Of a stretch of DNA of 59,543 bases, positions 30,076-39,329 are shown piece by piece; positions within the stretch are counted from its first letter, which is position 1, and every line of letters begins with the position of its first letter. The notes below the pieces were generated by a model. That model was not told the DNA's origin and did not search any database. It saw only the letters and a program-made list of their open reading frames with translations. Origin of the DNA: a virus (Duplodnaviria; Caudoviricetes). Position numbers and translations under genes: made by a program. The DNA lies in IMG/VR virus record IMGVR_UViG_3300003267_000070, positions 1 through 59,543 of that record. One strand, written 5' to 3'.

Positions 30076-32559
30076 ATGAGACTTGTTAAAAAAGGAGCCG
30101 CTTCACAGACTATTTACCTTGAGGTACTGGACTCCACCTCCATTACCGGCGCTAGAAAGACAGGTCTGGTTTTCAACACCTCCGGCCTCACTGCTTACTA
30201 TGTGCGCAATGGCGGCTCAGCCGCCCAGATCACCCTAGCCGCACTTGCCGCCGCGAACTCCGCATGGTCCAGTGGCGGGTTTAAGGAGGTCGATGCGACG
30301 AACATGCCCGGCGTGTATCGCCTTGACGTTCCCGATGCCGCTTTTGCCGGTGGCGCGGAGAGTGTCGTGGTTACGCTACGAGGCGCAACGGGAATGGTCC
30401 AAGTGTCCGAAGAGGTCCAACTGGTCGCCGTCGATCTTCAAGATGGAGTTCGCCTGGGGCTAACCGCCCTTCCTAACGCCGCGGCCGAAGCCGCCGGTGG
30501 GCTTTACACCCGCGGCTCAGGGGCCGGGCAGATCAATCAGCCCGCCAACGGCATAGTTGACGCAAACGTGGTCCGCAATGCAGGGACGGCCATCACCGCA
30601 GCCTCGGGGGTTCAGGAAGTGAAGGTGCAGAGTATAGCCAACGATGCGCTGACAGCCGCCGCAATCGCCGCCGACGCCATTGGAAGTTCGGAACTGGCCG
30701 CAACGGCTGCATCGGAAATAGCCGGCGCGGTGCGTACCGAACTGACCACGGAACTTGGGCGCGTCGATGTCGCAGTCTCCTCTCGCAGCAGTCACTCGGT
30801 TGCCGACATCTGGAACGCGTTGGTTTCAGGTATCACTACGGCGAACTCCATCGGCAAACGCATCATCGACTTCCTGACGGGAGACGTGTTTGCTCGCCTT
30901 GGCGCGCCTGCCGGAGCGTCGGTAAGCGCGGACGTCGCCTCGTTGCAGAGCGATACCACCAACATCAAAAATCGCCTCCCTGCGGAACTTACGGTAAACG
31001 GCAACATTAAGTCCTCCCTAAGGGAGATCGTCTCAGGCGCTCTGGTGGACCCCGGCGGCGAGATAGCGGAAGCGTTTGAGCATTTCTTCCAGGTGGCGAG
31101 CCCTACGGGCACGGTAAACTCACTACCGGACGCGGCACCGGGAGCGGCTGGAGGGTTGCTCGTGGACGATGTATGGACGGATGAGAGGGCGGCGAAGCTG
31201 GACAACCTCGACACGGCCGTATCGTCACGCGGTACGGGTACGGCTCTTGACGCCGCCGGTGTACGTACCGCTGTCGGGCTGGCTGCCGCCGACCTTGACG
31301 ATCAACTGGAAGCCGTCGTCAACGCGTCGGGCGGCGCTCCTACAATCGGAGAAATTTCATCAACAGTCAGGGCGACTCTCTTCACCGATCGGTTCGGCGG
31401 TACGCCCGCCGCGTCCAACATCGTATTCGCCGATGCGGGCGGCGCGTCCATCGAGGGCTTGGGTCTTTACAAGTCGGTAAGCGGCGGCGCGCCTACGATA
31501 GATACCGCCGTCAAGCCGTCAGGCGCGTACTCCTCCATCAAGTGCGACATTGCCCAATGGGTCAGGGCCGCTTGCCTGGGCAGTGGGAAGATCAGCGTCT
31601 ACTTCTTTACCGAATCTCTGCCTACGGCTAATGAGACATTCCTGTTGCCGGAAGACGATTCAGGTTCTCCCGATCCGGTGATGGACATCCGTATCGGGCC
31701 GGACGGCCTGGTCTACCTGCATCCGGTTGACGCTTCCCCGGAGATTGCAGGCACGCATCCCATCAGTGCGGGCTGGAACCGTATCTCCGTTTGCTTTAAC
31801 AACCACAACACCATCAACAATCTTGACGCCAGGGTCTACGTCAACGGGATGCTGGACATCGCCGTTGACGGACAGGGAACCAATGACATAACCGCGGGAC
31901 AGGTTCGACTACCCGGCCCAACAATTGACGGCGGCCCGTTTTACTTCGCCCATGTCGTCGTGGAAGACGGCGCGGACTTACTCGATCCCGGCAACAGATT
32001 ATGCACGGCCAAGTTCCCCGCCACCGTCAATGAAGACGAGTTCGACACCACGGGCGGCACCGGGGCGGTGAACGAACGCCCGCCGGATGACGCGAACTAC
32101 CGTCAACAGGCAGCCTCCACCCTCGCCCGGCAGAACTACACCTTGCAAGCCGCTGGCGAGGGGGACGTTGACATTACCGGGATGGACGTTGTCGGTTTCA
32201 TGGGCTGGATACGAGGCGGTAAGTCAACCCCGTTCGGCGGCGGCGCTCCCAAAATTACAGTTGACGGCGTGGATTACAACCTGACGCTTACAACCACGGC
32301 CTCGTACGTCACTAAGCCGGTTACACGGTCAGGCTATCCCTCCAATCCCGCCGGTATCGGCATGGTCAGTACGGGTTCCAGTGTTGACGTAACCCTCTTT
32401 GAATGCGGTGTAGTAGTGGTCTATACTCCGCCATTCGTTCCCACGAAGGAAGCGATCGCGGACACCGTGTGGGACGAGAACGTCGGCACCGAACACCAGA
32501 CGGCGGGATCGGCGGGGAACAAGCTGAATCAGGCGCTGGTGCTTTACGAGGGGGATTGA
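30076..32559 (+). CDS. Large fibre-like virion protein with lectin/LamG-like domain
   Basis: N-terminal EVD.TNMPGVYRLDVPDAAF; Ala-rich repeats (D.AVSSR); W.RI.V....VYVNG domain; C-terminal IADTVWDE. Confidence 0.65.
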   Translation: MRLVKKGAASQTIYLEVLDSTSITGARKTGLVFNTSGLTAYYVRNGGSAAQITLAALAAANSAWSSGGFKEVDATNMPGVYRLDVPDAAFAGGAESVVVTLRGATGMVQVSEEVQLVAVDLQDGVRLGLTALPNAAAEAAGGLYTRGSGAGQINQPANGIVDANVVRNAGTAITAASGVQEVKVQSIANDALTAAAIAADAIGSSELAATAASEIAGAVRTELTTELGRVDVAVSSRSSHSVADIWNALVSGITTANSIGKRIIDFLTGDVFARLGAPAGASVSADVASLQSDTTNIKNRLPAELTVNGNIKSSLREIVSGALVDPGGEIAEAFEHFFQVASPTGTVNSLPDAAPGAAGGLLVDDVWTDERAAKLDNLDTAVSSRGTGTALDAAGVRTAVGLAAADLDDQLEAVVNASGGAPTIGEISSTVRATLFTDRFGGTPAASNIVFADAGGASIEGLGLYKSVSGGAPTIDTAVKPSGAYSSIKCDIAQWVRAACLGSGKISVYFFTESLPTANETFLLPEDDSGSPDPVMDIRIGPDGLVYLHPVDASPEIAGTHPISAGWNRISVCFNNHNTINNLDARVYVNGMLDIAVDGQGTNDITAGQVRLPGPTIDGGPFYFAHVVVEDGADLLDPGNRLCTAKFPATVNEDEFDTTGGTGAVNERPPDDANYRQQAASTLARQNYTLQAAGEGDVDITGMDVVGFMGWIRGGKSTPFGGGAPKITVDGVDYNLTLTTTASYVTKPVTRSGYPSNPAGIGMVSTGSSVDVTLFECGVVVVYTPPFVPTKEAIADTVWDENVGTEHQTAGSAGNKLNQALVLYEGD

Positions 32560-32614
32560 GATTTGTAACTAAGGTGGTTACGGACGGCTAGTTTTAAAAC
32601 TGTAAAAAACTGAG

Positions 32615-32944
32615 ATGGCGGGTGGTGTTAAAGGAAATCGCGGGGGGCAAAAGGGCCGCAGTGGTCGCAAGTCGCGGGCTGAGGAACTAGGACTGCAATC
32701 CCTGCTTGACTCTGCGTTCACTCAACAAGATCGGCGAAAGGTAATTGAAAGCTTGATTGCGATTGCGAAGGGAAACGACTTCAAGGCCGCCGTCTCCGCT
32801 GCAACGCTGCTTCTTGGTTACACCTACGGCAAACCGACGGAGCGATACGAACTTGGCGGTCCCAACGGTGGTCCAATTCCCCACTCCGTCACCTTCGAGG
32901 TAGTTGATGGTCGTAACTCGACGACAGGTCAGGATTCGGACTAG
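32615..32944 (+). CDS. terS: Terminase small subunit (putative)
   Basis: GG....SGRK N-terminus, GKP...ELGGPNGGPI C-terminus, directly upstream of terL. Confidence 0.7.
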   Translation: MAGGVKGNRGGQKGRSGRKSRAEELGLQSLLDSAFTQQDRRKVIESLIAIAKGNDFKAAVSAATLLLGYTYGKPTERYELGGPNGGPIPHSVTFEVVDGRNSTTGQDSD

Positions 32945-34115
32945 TCGCGTCTTTGACTTCCTGCGACACTCACCCGCCCGCATTTCTTCCCTTCGCGGCG
33001 GCACTCGTTCCGGTAAGACCTACAACGCGCTTTGCTATTGGGTGTGGCGGCTTGGCAACGAGCAAGGCAAGACCCTGACTATCACCCGCCAGACCATGCC
33101 CGCCCTGCGCGCCTCAGCCATGCGGGACTTCTTTGAGATCCTGGACCGTGCGGAGGTGTATGACGTTAACCTGCACAATAAGACTTCCAACGAGTACCAC
33201 CTGAACGGCAACCTCGTTGAGTTCATCGGGCTTAACGAGTCGATGCGCGTGCGAGGCCGTAAGCGTGACTATCTGTTCTTGAACGAGGCAAACGAATGCG
33301 ACATCGAAGCTTTTCGTCAGCTCGCCTTTCGCACCGCAGACAAGATCATCCTTGACTACAATCCCTCCGAGGCGTTCTCCTGGATCTACGACGACGTAGA
33401 AACTCGCGATGACTGCGATCTACTCGTCACCAACTACCTCGATAACCCGTTTCTTGAGGACAGCCTGATTAACGAGATTGAGCGGTTACAGGATGCCGAC
33501 GAGGAATACTGGAAGGTTTATGGTCTTGGTGAAATCGCTCGCGGCAACACGCGAGTATTTACACACTGGCGGTCTATCTCCGACTCCGAGTACCCTTACA
33601 ACAAGGGTGAAGCGGTCTACGGTCTCGACTTTGGCTATAACAACCCTACCGCACTGGTTGAGACTCGTCTGTATGACAATGCACTATACTGGCGAGAGAT
33701 GCTGTATCAGACAAAACTAACGACGGCTGATTTGGTAGAGAAGTTAAAATTATTTCCCGAACTAAAAGCTCGCAAGATCATCGCCGACTCGGCAGAGCCG
33801 AAGACCATCAAGGAGATCGCGCTTGCCGGGTTTCGCATTGAAGGGGCGGAGAAGGGACCGGACTCCATTATTACCACCATCAACTTTGTCAAGTCCAAGC
33901 CGCTATACATCCTGGACTCGGGCGTGAACATCATACGAGAGATCAAGCGTTACAGTTTCAAGACCGATAAGCAAGGGAAGGTGACGGACGAGGTGGTTCC
34001 ATTCGAGAACCATGCGATGGACGCAGGGAGGTACGGTAGTCGTAGCTTCGCTATTCCACCCTGTGACCGCTATTCCGAGTCCGACAGCCAGACTTGGGGC
34101 GGGAAGAGTTACTGA
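32907..34115 (+). CDS. terL: Terminase large subunit (PBSX/Terminase_3 family)
   Basis: GGTRSGKT, LFLNEANE, YNP, YLDNPFL, GLDFGYNNPTA, ADSAEP, NHAMDAGRY. Confidence 0.95.
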   Translation: MVVTRRQVRIRTSRVFDFLRHSPARISSLRGGTRSGKTYNALCYWVWRLGNEQGKTLTITRQTMPALRASAMRDFFEILDRAEVYDVNLHNKTSNEYHLNGNLVEFIGLNESMRVRGRKRDYLFLNEANECDIEAFRQLAFRTADKIILDYNPSEAFSWIYDDVETRDDCDLLVTNYLDNPFLEDSLINEIERLQDADEEYWKVYGLGEIARGNTRVFTHWRSISDSEYPYNKGEAVYGLDFGYNNPTALVETRLYDNALYWREMLYQTKLTTADLVEKLKLFPELKARKIIADSAEPKTIKEIALAGFRIEGAEKGPDSIITTINFVKSKPLYILDSGVNIIREIKRYSFKTDKQGKVTDEVVPFENHAMDAGRYGSRSFAIPPCDRYSESDSQTWGGKSY

Positions 34116-34300
34116 GAAGGTGTATCAGCATCAAGTGATCTTAAGTATTCCCGCACGCGTTGTGCGGCAAGTCTTAATGTCTCGGTTGCGCTCTCTTCCC
34201 ATAGAGAGTCTTCACCGTCGAAGACGTAATCGCCTTCCGGTTCTGTCTCGTTGATAATTCGATCCACTATGTCAAGTTGTTCATCGGTTAAGACTCGCAT
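34109..34300 (-). CDS. Acidic hypothetical protein (antisense moron)
   Basis: MRVLTDEQLD... with GGAGG SD, downstream of a leftward promoter. Confidence 0.55.
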   Translation of the reverse strand: MRVLTDEQLDIVDRIINETEPEGDYVFDGEDSLWEESATETLRLAAQRVREYLRSLDADTPSQ

Positions 34301-34465
34301 CGCAACACCCTCCCCAGCTCCCTCAACTCCCTTGCTAGTCGGCGGCGAATGCGATAGCGGGTGATTAGTTTGGTGATCATGGTCAGTCTCCATTGTTGTC
34401 GTTGTCGTGCGCCCCGACTCGCCTTGCCCCAGACTACGAACCGAGGCGCACCCCCATGCCGGGGG

Positions 34466-34511
34466 ACTATAACACCTCGCTGTTGACACGTCAATCCTAT
34501 CGTGCTACATT
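34466..34511. promoter_or_regulatory. Overlapping divergent promoters whose -35 boxes form a palindrome
   Basis: TTGACA(34483)-17-TACATT rightward; TTGACG(34494-34489)-17-TATAGT leftward; TTGAC-AC-GTCAA. Confidence 0.85.
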
Positions 34512-34519
34512 CTTGTCCT

Positions 34520-34687
34520 ATGAAGCCACGCGTCAAGGATACGCACATCTATTTTCCCGTCAAAGTGCTGGAGCAGTTAAAGAAACTGGCCGCGGTAAAC
34601 CGGCGCACGGTCAGCGCGGAGATTGTGATTGCGGTTGAGAAGCATGTTGAAACAGAGTCACCGAACGGAAAGCGGGTGAGGAAGTGA
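34520..34687 (+). CDS. Arc-like ribbon-helix-helix repressor, leaderless
   Basis: THIYFP..VLEQLKKLA..NRRTVSAEIV.AVE; ATG 8 nt after -10. Confidence 0.8.
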   Translation: MKPRVKDTHIYFPVKVLEQLKKLAAVNRRTVSAEIVIAVEKHVETESPNGKRVRK

Positions 34688-35663
34688 GTGAGAGTAAGGA
34701 AGTAAGTAATAACAACCCTGTCAGCGGTTGCGCGATGATACTCCTACTTGCGATTGTCGTGGCTATGATTGCGGTTGTCGTATCCGAGGAACTCCGGAAG
34801 CGCGATTACTGGATTCAGGATCTCCAGAAGCGGATTGCGGTACTGGAACAGCGGCAGGGAGGTAGATGAAGAAATGAGCGCTGAAGTTGTTGGATTACGT
34901 ATTAAATGTGACACCTTAGAACGCGCCATTACGATTCCCCGTGTCGATTACGCTATCGGTCCAATAGACGTTACTGACTCAAGGGGTAAACCCAAGTATG
35001 TCATTCGTTGCGAGTGTGGAGAGGTACACCAAGTGGCAATGAAAAGAGCCGCAAAACCAACGCGAACTAAGCTATCGACATCGCGCGGGAAGCAGGCGAG
35101 GAAGACGGGATGAATGAGAGGTACGTAACGGTGATTGTAGTTATGTCGGCTCTTGCTGGTCTAGTGATTGGCGTAGGTTCTTGGAACGCCCACTACGGAC
35201 TAGGTGTAGTCCTGGCGTTGGTAACTATCACGATCATCGGCGACGCCGTCTGTGAATCGAATAAGGAGCGCAAGTGAAACTTGAACCCGCTATACAAGAG
35301 GTTGTGGACAATATCCTACTGGAGATTGAAACAGCAAAGATTCGTATTCCCGACAGCGAAGCCGGCGAGTATATTGATCCATGTCACTGGAGCCGTACCG
35401 GCTGGGCCGTACGGAAAGCTAATGGGAGTTGTACCTGTCGGCCTTGTGAACCGAGTGAATCCGGTAAGGAGCGAGGGTTTACCTCTCTTGGTAGTAGTAA
35501 GTCGCGAGATCGTCATGCTCAATATATTCAAGAGCACCCTAAACAACGATGCCTCAAGTGCGGATTGAAACTGGAGCAGCACACGGTTAAAGAATTTCAG
35601 TACTGCGAGTTTGTGTTAGCGGGATCAGGCAGCGAGACCCTGGTAATGAACCGTCCCGACTGA
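34684..35663 (+). other. Accessory ORFs between terL and portal (TM-coil 34684..34869, Cys-containing ~34874..35113, small TM ORF, Cys-rich 35274..35663)
   Basis: ORF track; overlapping starts/stops downstream of the Arc-like gene. Confidence 0.55.
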
Positions 35664-35695
35664 GCGAAATCCCTTGCATCCCACTTCACCCGTCA

Positions 35696-35704
35696 TGTTA
35701 CACT
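35696..35704 (+). promoter_or_regulatory. Extended -10 element TGTTACACT (copy 2); portal gene probably leaderless
   Basis: GTG start 7 nt downstream, no SD. Confidence 0.65.
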
Positions 35705-35711
35705 CCCCCGC

Positions 35712-37325
35712 GTGGCCGACCCAGTCCTCCTATCTCGCATCACCTCCACCGAAAAGGCGGGTCAACTCCTGCTCAATCGCCGCCCATCAGCCTCCATCTC
35801 CGCTGACAGGTTCTACCACGGCGATCACTTTCAGAACTTTGAGGGCTGGATTGGGGAGCAGCCGCAGCCCGGTACTCCTGAGTATAACGAGGGACGCAGC
35901 AACATCGAGCGCGGCTTCGTTTCCGAGAACGTGATTAAGGAGGTAGTGGATCGGCATCGTTCCGGCTTACTGGGCCGTGAGCCGCTGTGGGGGTTTCTGC
36001 CGTCTGAAGTAACCTCACCTGCAACAGAGAGACGCCGCAAGTTGTTTAGCAAGCTATTCAAACTCGTCAACACAGTCAAGACTACGGTCCAAAGCGTCAC
36101 TCGCACAGGTCAGTTCAAGTTTGCCGACGAGGCCGACGACGCTCTGACCCTCTGGTGGAACAACCGTAATCCGCGTGAGGTGTTGAAGCAGGCGCTAACA
36201 AAAGTCCTGCTTGAGGATCGCGCAGTGCTCCACTTTCACTTCCCGCTGAACCTGCGAGATGTTAACGGTGAGATTGCCCCACAAGCCGACTTAACCTCTG
36301 CGGCCAATATCCCGCGTGTGCAGGTTCTTAGTTCAGACAAAGCGGGCGTGTTCATCGATGTAGACTCGTTGCAGGAGTTCGGCGTCTACTCCTATCAGCG
36401 AACGACAGACGACAAGCGGGTAGTTGAGTTGACATTTGTGCAGGATGGTTTAACTATCTTGCGTGTGTTAGTTGATGGGCAGGATCCACAGGACTTTACC
36501 TTTGAACTTGGCGGTCGTCTTCTCATGCACGAGCTTACCCGCCCCGCACTCATCACCCCACAGGTGATCTCGAACCAGAAGTCTCTCAACCTCGCCCTGA
36601 CTATGATGATGCGGAACGTGAATCTGGCTGGATCGCTGGAGCGGATCATTCTGAACGCTCAGCAGCCTACGCAAATTAAGCGCATTAAGGATTCCAGTGC
36701 GCCGGGTGGTTACCGCGAAGAGGAGGTTAAAGGAAACTTTTGGGTCGGGCCGGGGGCCACTACCGCGCTTAATGGTGTTCTAATCAAAGACAAAAATGGC
36801 GAGATCGTCGGTCGCGCCAACCCCAACATCTCCTACCGTGATCCCGTCAGTGTCGAAACCTTCACCGAAACCCGCGACCAGTTCTACGCCTCCATCCTGG
36901 GCCAGTGTCAGCAACGGCATGCGCTGATCTCGGGTGACGCTGTAGCTTCCGGTCGTAGCCGCAGCGAGGCCCGTGGTGAGTACCGTACCTCCCTTGCCGA
37001 CTCCAAAGACCCGGTTGATGACGCCGGCCGCTGGATACTGGAAACTGAACTACGTCTAGCGGCACAATTCTGCAACCGTACTGGTGACTTCCTTGCCCTT
37101 CGTGCAGACTTTAACTCCATCATTGAGGATGGACCAGTGACGGTTGAAGAGAGGGAGGCGAACCGGGCGGATGTGCAGGCTGGACTACTTAGTAAGGAAA
37201 CAGCTATGAGCCGTAACGGCGTGGAGGATACGCAGGCTGAACTTGAGCGGATTGCGCAGGAACCCAGGCCGGTGATTGATTTAACGAAGCAGGAGCAGGG
37301 GCAGGGAGGCAGACTGGCGGCATGA
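35712..37325 (+). CDS. Portal protein
   Basis: 537 aa after terL; FYHGDH, N.IKEVVDR, SG.SR, GLLSKETAM...G.ED...ELERI..E (SPP1 gp6-like ending). Confidence 0.85.
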   Translation: MADPVLLSRITSTEKAGQLLLNRRPSASISADRFYHGDHFQNFEGWIGEQPQPGTPEYNEGRSNIERGFVSENVIKEVVDRHRSGLLGREPLWGFLPSEVTSPATERRRKLFSKLFKLVNTVKTTVQSVTRTGQFKFADEADDALTLWWNNRNPREVLKQALTKVLLEDRAVLHFHFPLNLRDVNGEIAPQADLTSAANIPRVQVLSSDKAGVFIDVDSLQEFGVYSYQRTTDDKRVVELTFVQDGLTILRVLVDGQDPQDFTFELGGRLLMHELTRPALITPQVISNQKSLNLALTMMMRNVNLAGSLERIILNAQQPTQIKRIKDSSAPGGYREEEVKGNFWVGPGATTALNGVLIKDKNGEIVGRANPNISYRDPVSVETFTETRDQFYASILGQCQQRHALISGDAVASGRSRSEARGEYRTSLADSKDPVDDAGRWILETELRLAAQFCNRTGDFLALRADFNSIIEDGPVTVEEREANRADVQAGLLSKETAMSRNGVEDTQAELERIAQEPRPVIDLTKQEQGQGGRLAA

Positions 37326-37954
37326 CCATCATCGCCGCAGCCCTGGACCACACCGGCACTATCTACATGGGTGCCGATTCCGTCTCACTACAGGGAGACT
37401 CGTGCGTACGGCTTAACGACCGTGCAAAGGTTTACCACAAGGGTGAGTTCTTGATTGGCGGCTCCGGAACACTACGCGTCAATCAACTTATGGAGTGCGT
37501 GTTTGAGCCACCGCTGGTCAACGACGATCCCTACGCCTACATGGTCCAACACTTTGCTCCGGCATGGCGGGCGCTGGTGAAGGAACAGGGTTGTGAACTA
37601 ACTACGCAATCAGGCTCAATCGAAGCTGACGGACGATACCTCGTGGCCTTACGCGGCTGTCTGTTTGAGCTTGACTGCGGCTACGGCGTATTCAGTCCGC
37701 GTTCAGGCTTTCACGCAATCGGCTGCGCGGCGCAGGAGGCGATGGCGGGGATGTTTACCGCGCGGCAACTTGGATTCTCCGCTGAAGCGACGGTCAAGTG
37801 CGGACTGGAGGCGGCAGCGGAGTTTGATGCGAGTATTAGGCCGCCGTTTACGATCCTAAGTCTTGCAAGCCAAAGTAGGCGTAGTAATGTGGAGCGCAGC
37901 GGTGGTATAGCTACGCATCTAAAATACGTCGGCGCAGTGCCGGATCTTCACTAA
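37322..37954 (+). CDS. Ntn-hydrolase / HslV-proteasome beta-like threonine peptidase
   Basis: N-terminal (M)TIIAA, GADS, conserved Lys (AKV), IGGSG, AIG. Confidence 0.75.
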   Translation: MTIIAAALDHTGTIYMGADSVSLQGDSCVRLNDRAKVYHKGEFLIGGSGTLRVNQLMECVFEPPLVNDDPYAYMVQHFAPAWRALVKEQGCELTTQSGSIEADGRYLVALRGCLFELDCGYGVFSPRSGFHAIGCAAQEAMAGMFTARQLGFSAEATVKCGLEAAAEFDASIRPPFTILSLASQSRRSNVERSGGIATHLKYVGAVPDLH

Positions 37955-37955
37955 A

Positions 37956-38138
37956 GTGAGCCAGCCTCAGCAAAAAATAGTTGTGCTTCCCCGCGACTCT
38001 GTTGTACTCTCTCGCGCAGAAATCCGTGAGCGTGATTTCTGGTTATCCAAGCGGCAGGCTTTACTAATCGAGCTTGCCGCGGTTGAAAAGTTGTTAGGCA
38101 TCACCCGGCGCTGCAAAGACTGTCGCGCCGCTCAGTAG
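37956..38138 (+). CDS. Small hypothetical protein with C-terminal CxxC
   Basis: ORF track; packed after peptidase. Confidence 0.5.
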   Translation: MSQPQQKIVVLPRDSVVLSRAEIRERDFWLSKRQALLIELAAVEKLLGITRRCKDCRAAQ

Positions 38139-38161
38139 GCAAGGCTCCTTATTTCGGACTT

Positions 38162-38217
38162 AAGCCCGCTGCTCGAAACTACCGTAATAGTGGTTTCCGG
38201 CGGCGGGCTTTCCTTTT
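38162..38217 (+). terminator. Long (~20 bp) hairpin with U-rich tail: terminator or processing site
   Basis: AAGCCCGCTGCT/GGCGGCGGGCTT + GAAACTAC/GTGGTTTC, then TCCTTTT. Confidence 0.65.
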
Positions 38218-38234
38218 GTAACCGAGGATTGTTA

Positions 38235-38528
38235 ATGCGAGCAGTAAGTCCAGTCATTCCACAAGCGGACGAGGACGAGAAAGTCTACGCGGAAAATCAT
38301 CCAGTCTACGTACCTTTGCCTACGATTAAGCGCGATGATGGCGTTGTATTAACTCGGTGGTTACTTTCAGAAGAGGAAAAACAACTAGTTGCTCGTCGGG
38401 GCTACTTCTATCTGGCCGTAATTACGAACAACAAGCCATTACAGCCATTGAAATTAACAGCAGACGTGCCACCTGAGTTTCAGTATCAACCACTAGACCA
38501 AGAGTGGCCTACTGAAATTGACGGCTAA
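38235..38528 (+). CDS. Conserved phage hypothetical protein
   Basis: YAE..P.Y.PLP.......TRW.LS.EE.......YL...T...PLQP. Confidence 0.65.
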   Translation: MRAVSPVIPQADEDEKVYAENHPVYVPLPTIKRDDGVVLTRWLLSEEEKQLVARRGYFYLAVITNNKPLQPLKLTADVPPEFQYQPLDQEWPTEIDG

Positions 38529-38533
38529 CCAAC

Positions 38534-38570
38534 CCCGCAAGACAGCGGGAAACAGTGAGGCAAGACAGCC
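38534..38570 (+). promoter_or_regulatory. Twin hairpins with identical AAGACA loops over the scaffold RBS
   Basis: CCCGC-AAGACA-GCGGG and GGC-AAGACA-GCC; second overlaps GAGG SD. Confidence 0.6.
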
Positions 38571-38572
38571 AA

Positions 38573-39319
38573 ATGCTGAAAATTTACGATAAGTTGGACG
38601 ACGTTCCTGAACCCCTTCGCGAGCACTACAAGCTCATTGACGGCAAGTATGTGCCGGAAGTGTCGGACGATCATCCGGTAAAACTCAACAACGTCAAGCT
38701 ACTGAACGAGAAGACCACTGCCGAGACAAAGGCGAGTGGGCTGGAAACCCAAGTGACGACGTTGAAAGTGGACCTTGACAGCGCGAAGTCGCATAGTCTG
38801 CCACGAGGCCACAAGGCTGTTTCAACCGCCGAAGTGGAAGCAATGGAGCAGCTCAAGACCCACGGTACAGCCACCGAGATCGTCGCCAAGCTCACCGAGC
38901 ACAAGACGCTGAAAGAGGAATCCGAAACTCGCAAGCAACAGGACCATCTCCGCACGGTAGCCAAGACGCTGGAGTACGACGAGGATGCGTTCCTGCTGCT
39001 CCCGAAGCTTGTAACCAACTTCCCTGACCTTGAAGTCCGCGACGCCGACGGCAAGAAGACGGTGGTTGCCAAGGTCAAGGACGCCGCGGGGACGATTACC
39101 GAGAAGCCCGCCGCGGACTTTATCGCCGCTACGCCTGAATTCGGCAAGGTGGCGCTGAAGGCTTCCAGCACGGGTGTCCGCGTACCGGAGCAACGGCCTG
39201 ACTCGGGCAAGCCTTCCACGGATGACCCGATCACCAAACGCAACCAAGCCCGTGAAGCGGCGCGCGCGGCAAACCCAAACCCGCTGATGCCGCAAGTAGC
39301 AGCGGCGACGGCGAAGTAG
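38573..39319 (+). CDS. Capsid scaffolding protein
   Basis: LDDVPEPLREHYK..DGKYV start; coiled-coil; precedes capsid genes. Confidence 0.75.
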   Translation: MLKIYDKLDDVPEPLREHYKLIDGKYVPEVSDDHPVKLNNVKLLNEKTTAETKASGLETQVTTLKVDLDSAKSHSLPRGHKAVSTAEVEAMEQLKTHGTATEIVAKLTEHKTLKEESETRKQQDHLRTVAKTLEYDEDAFLLLPKLVTNFPDLEVRDADGKKTVVAKVKDAAGTITEKPAADFIAATPEFGKVALKASSTGVRVPEQRPDSGKPSTDDPITKRNQAREAARAANPNPLMPQVAAATAK

Positions 39320-39329
39320 AAGGAGACTT

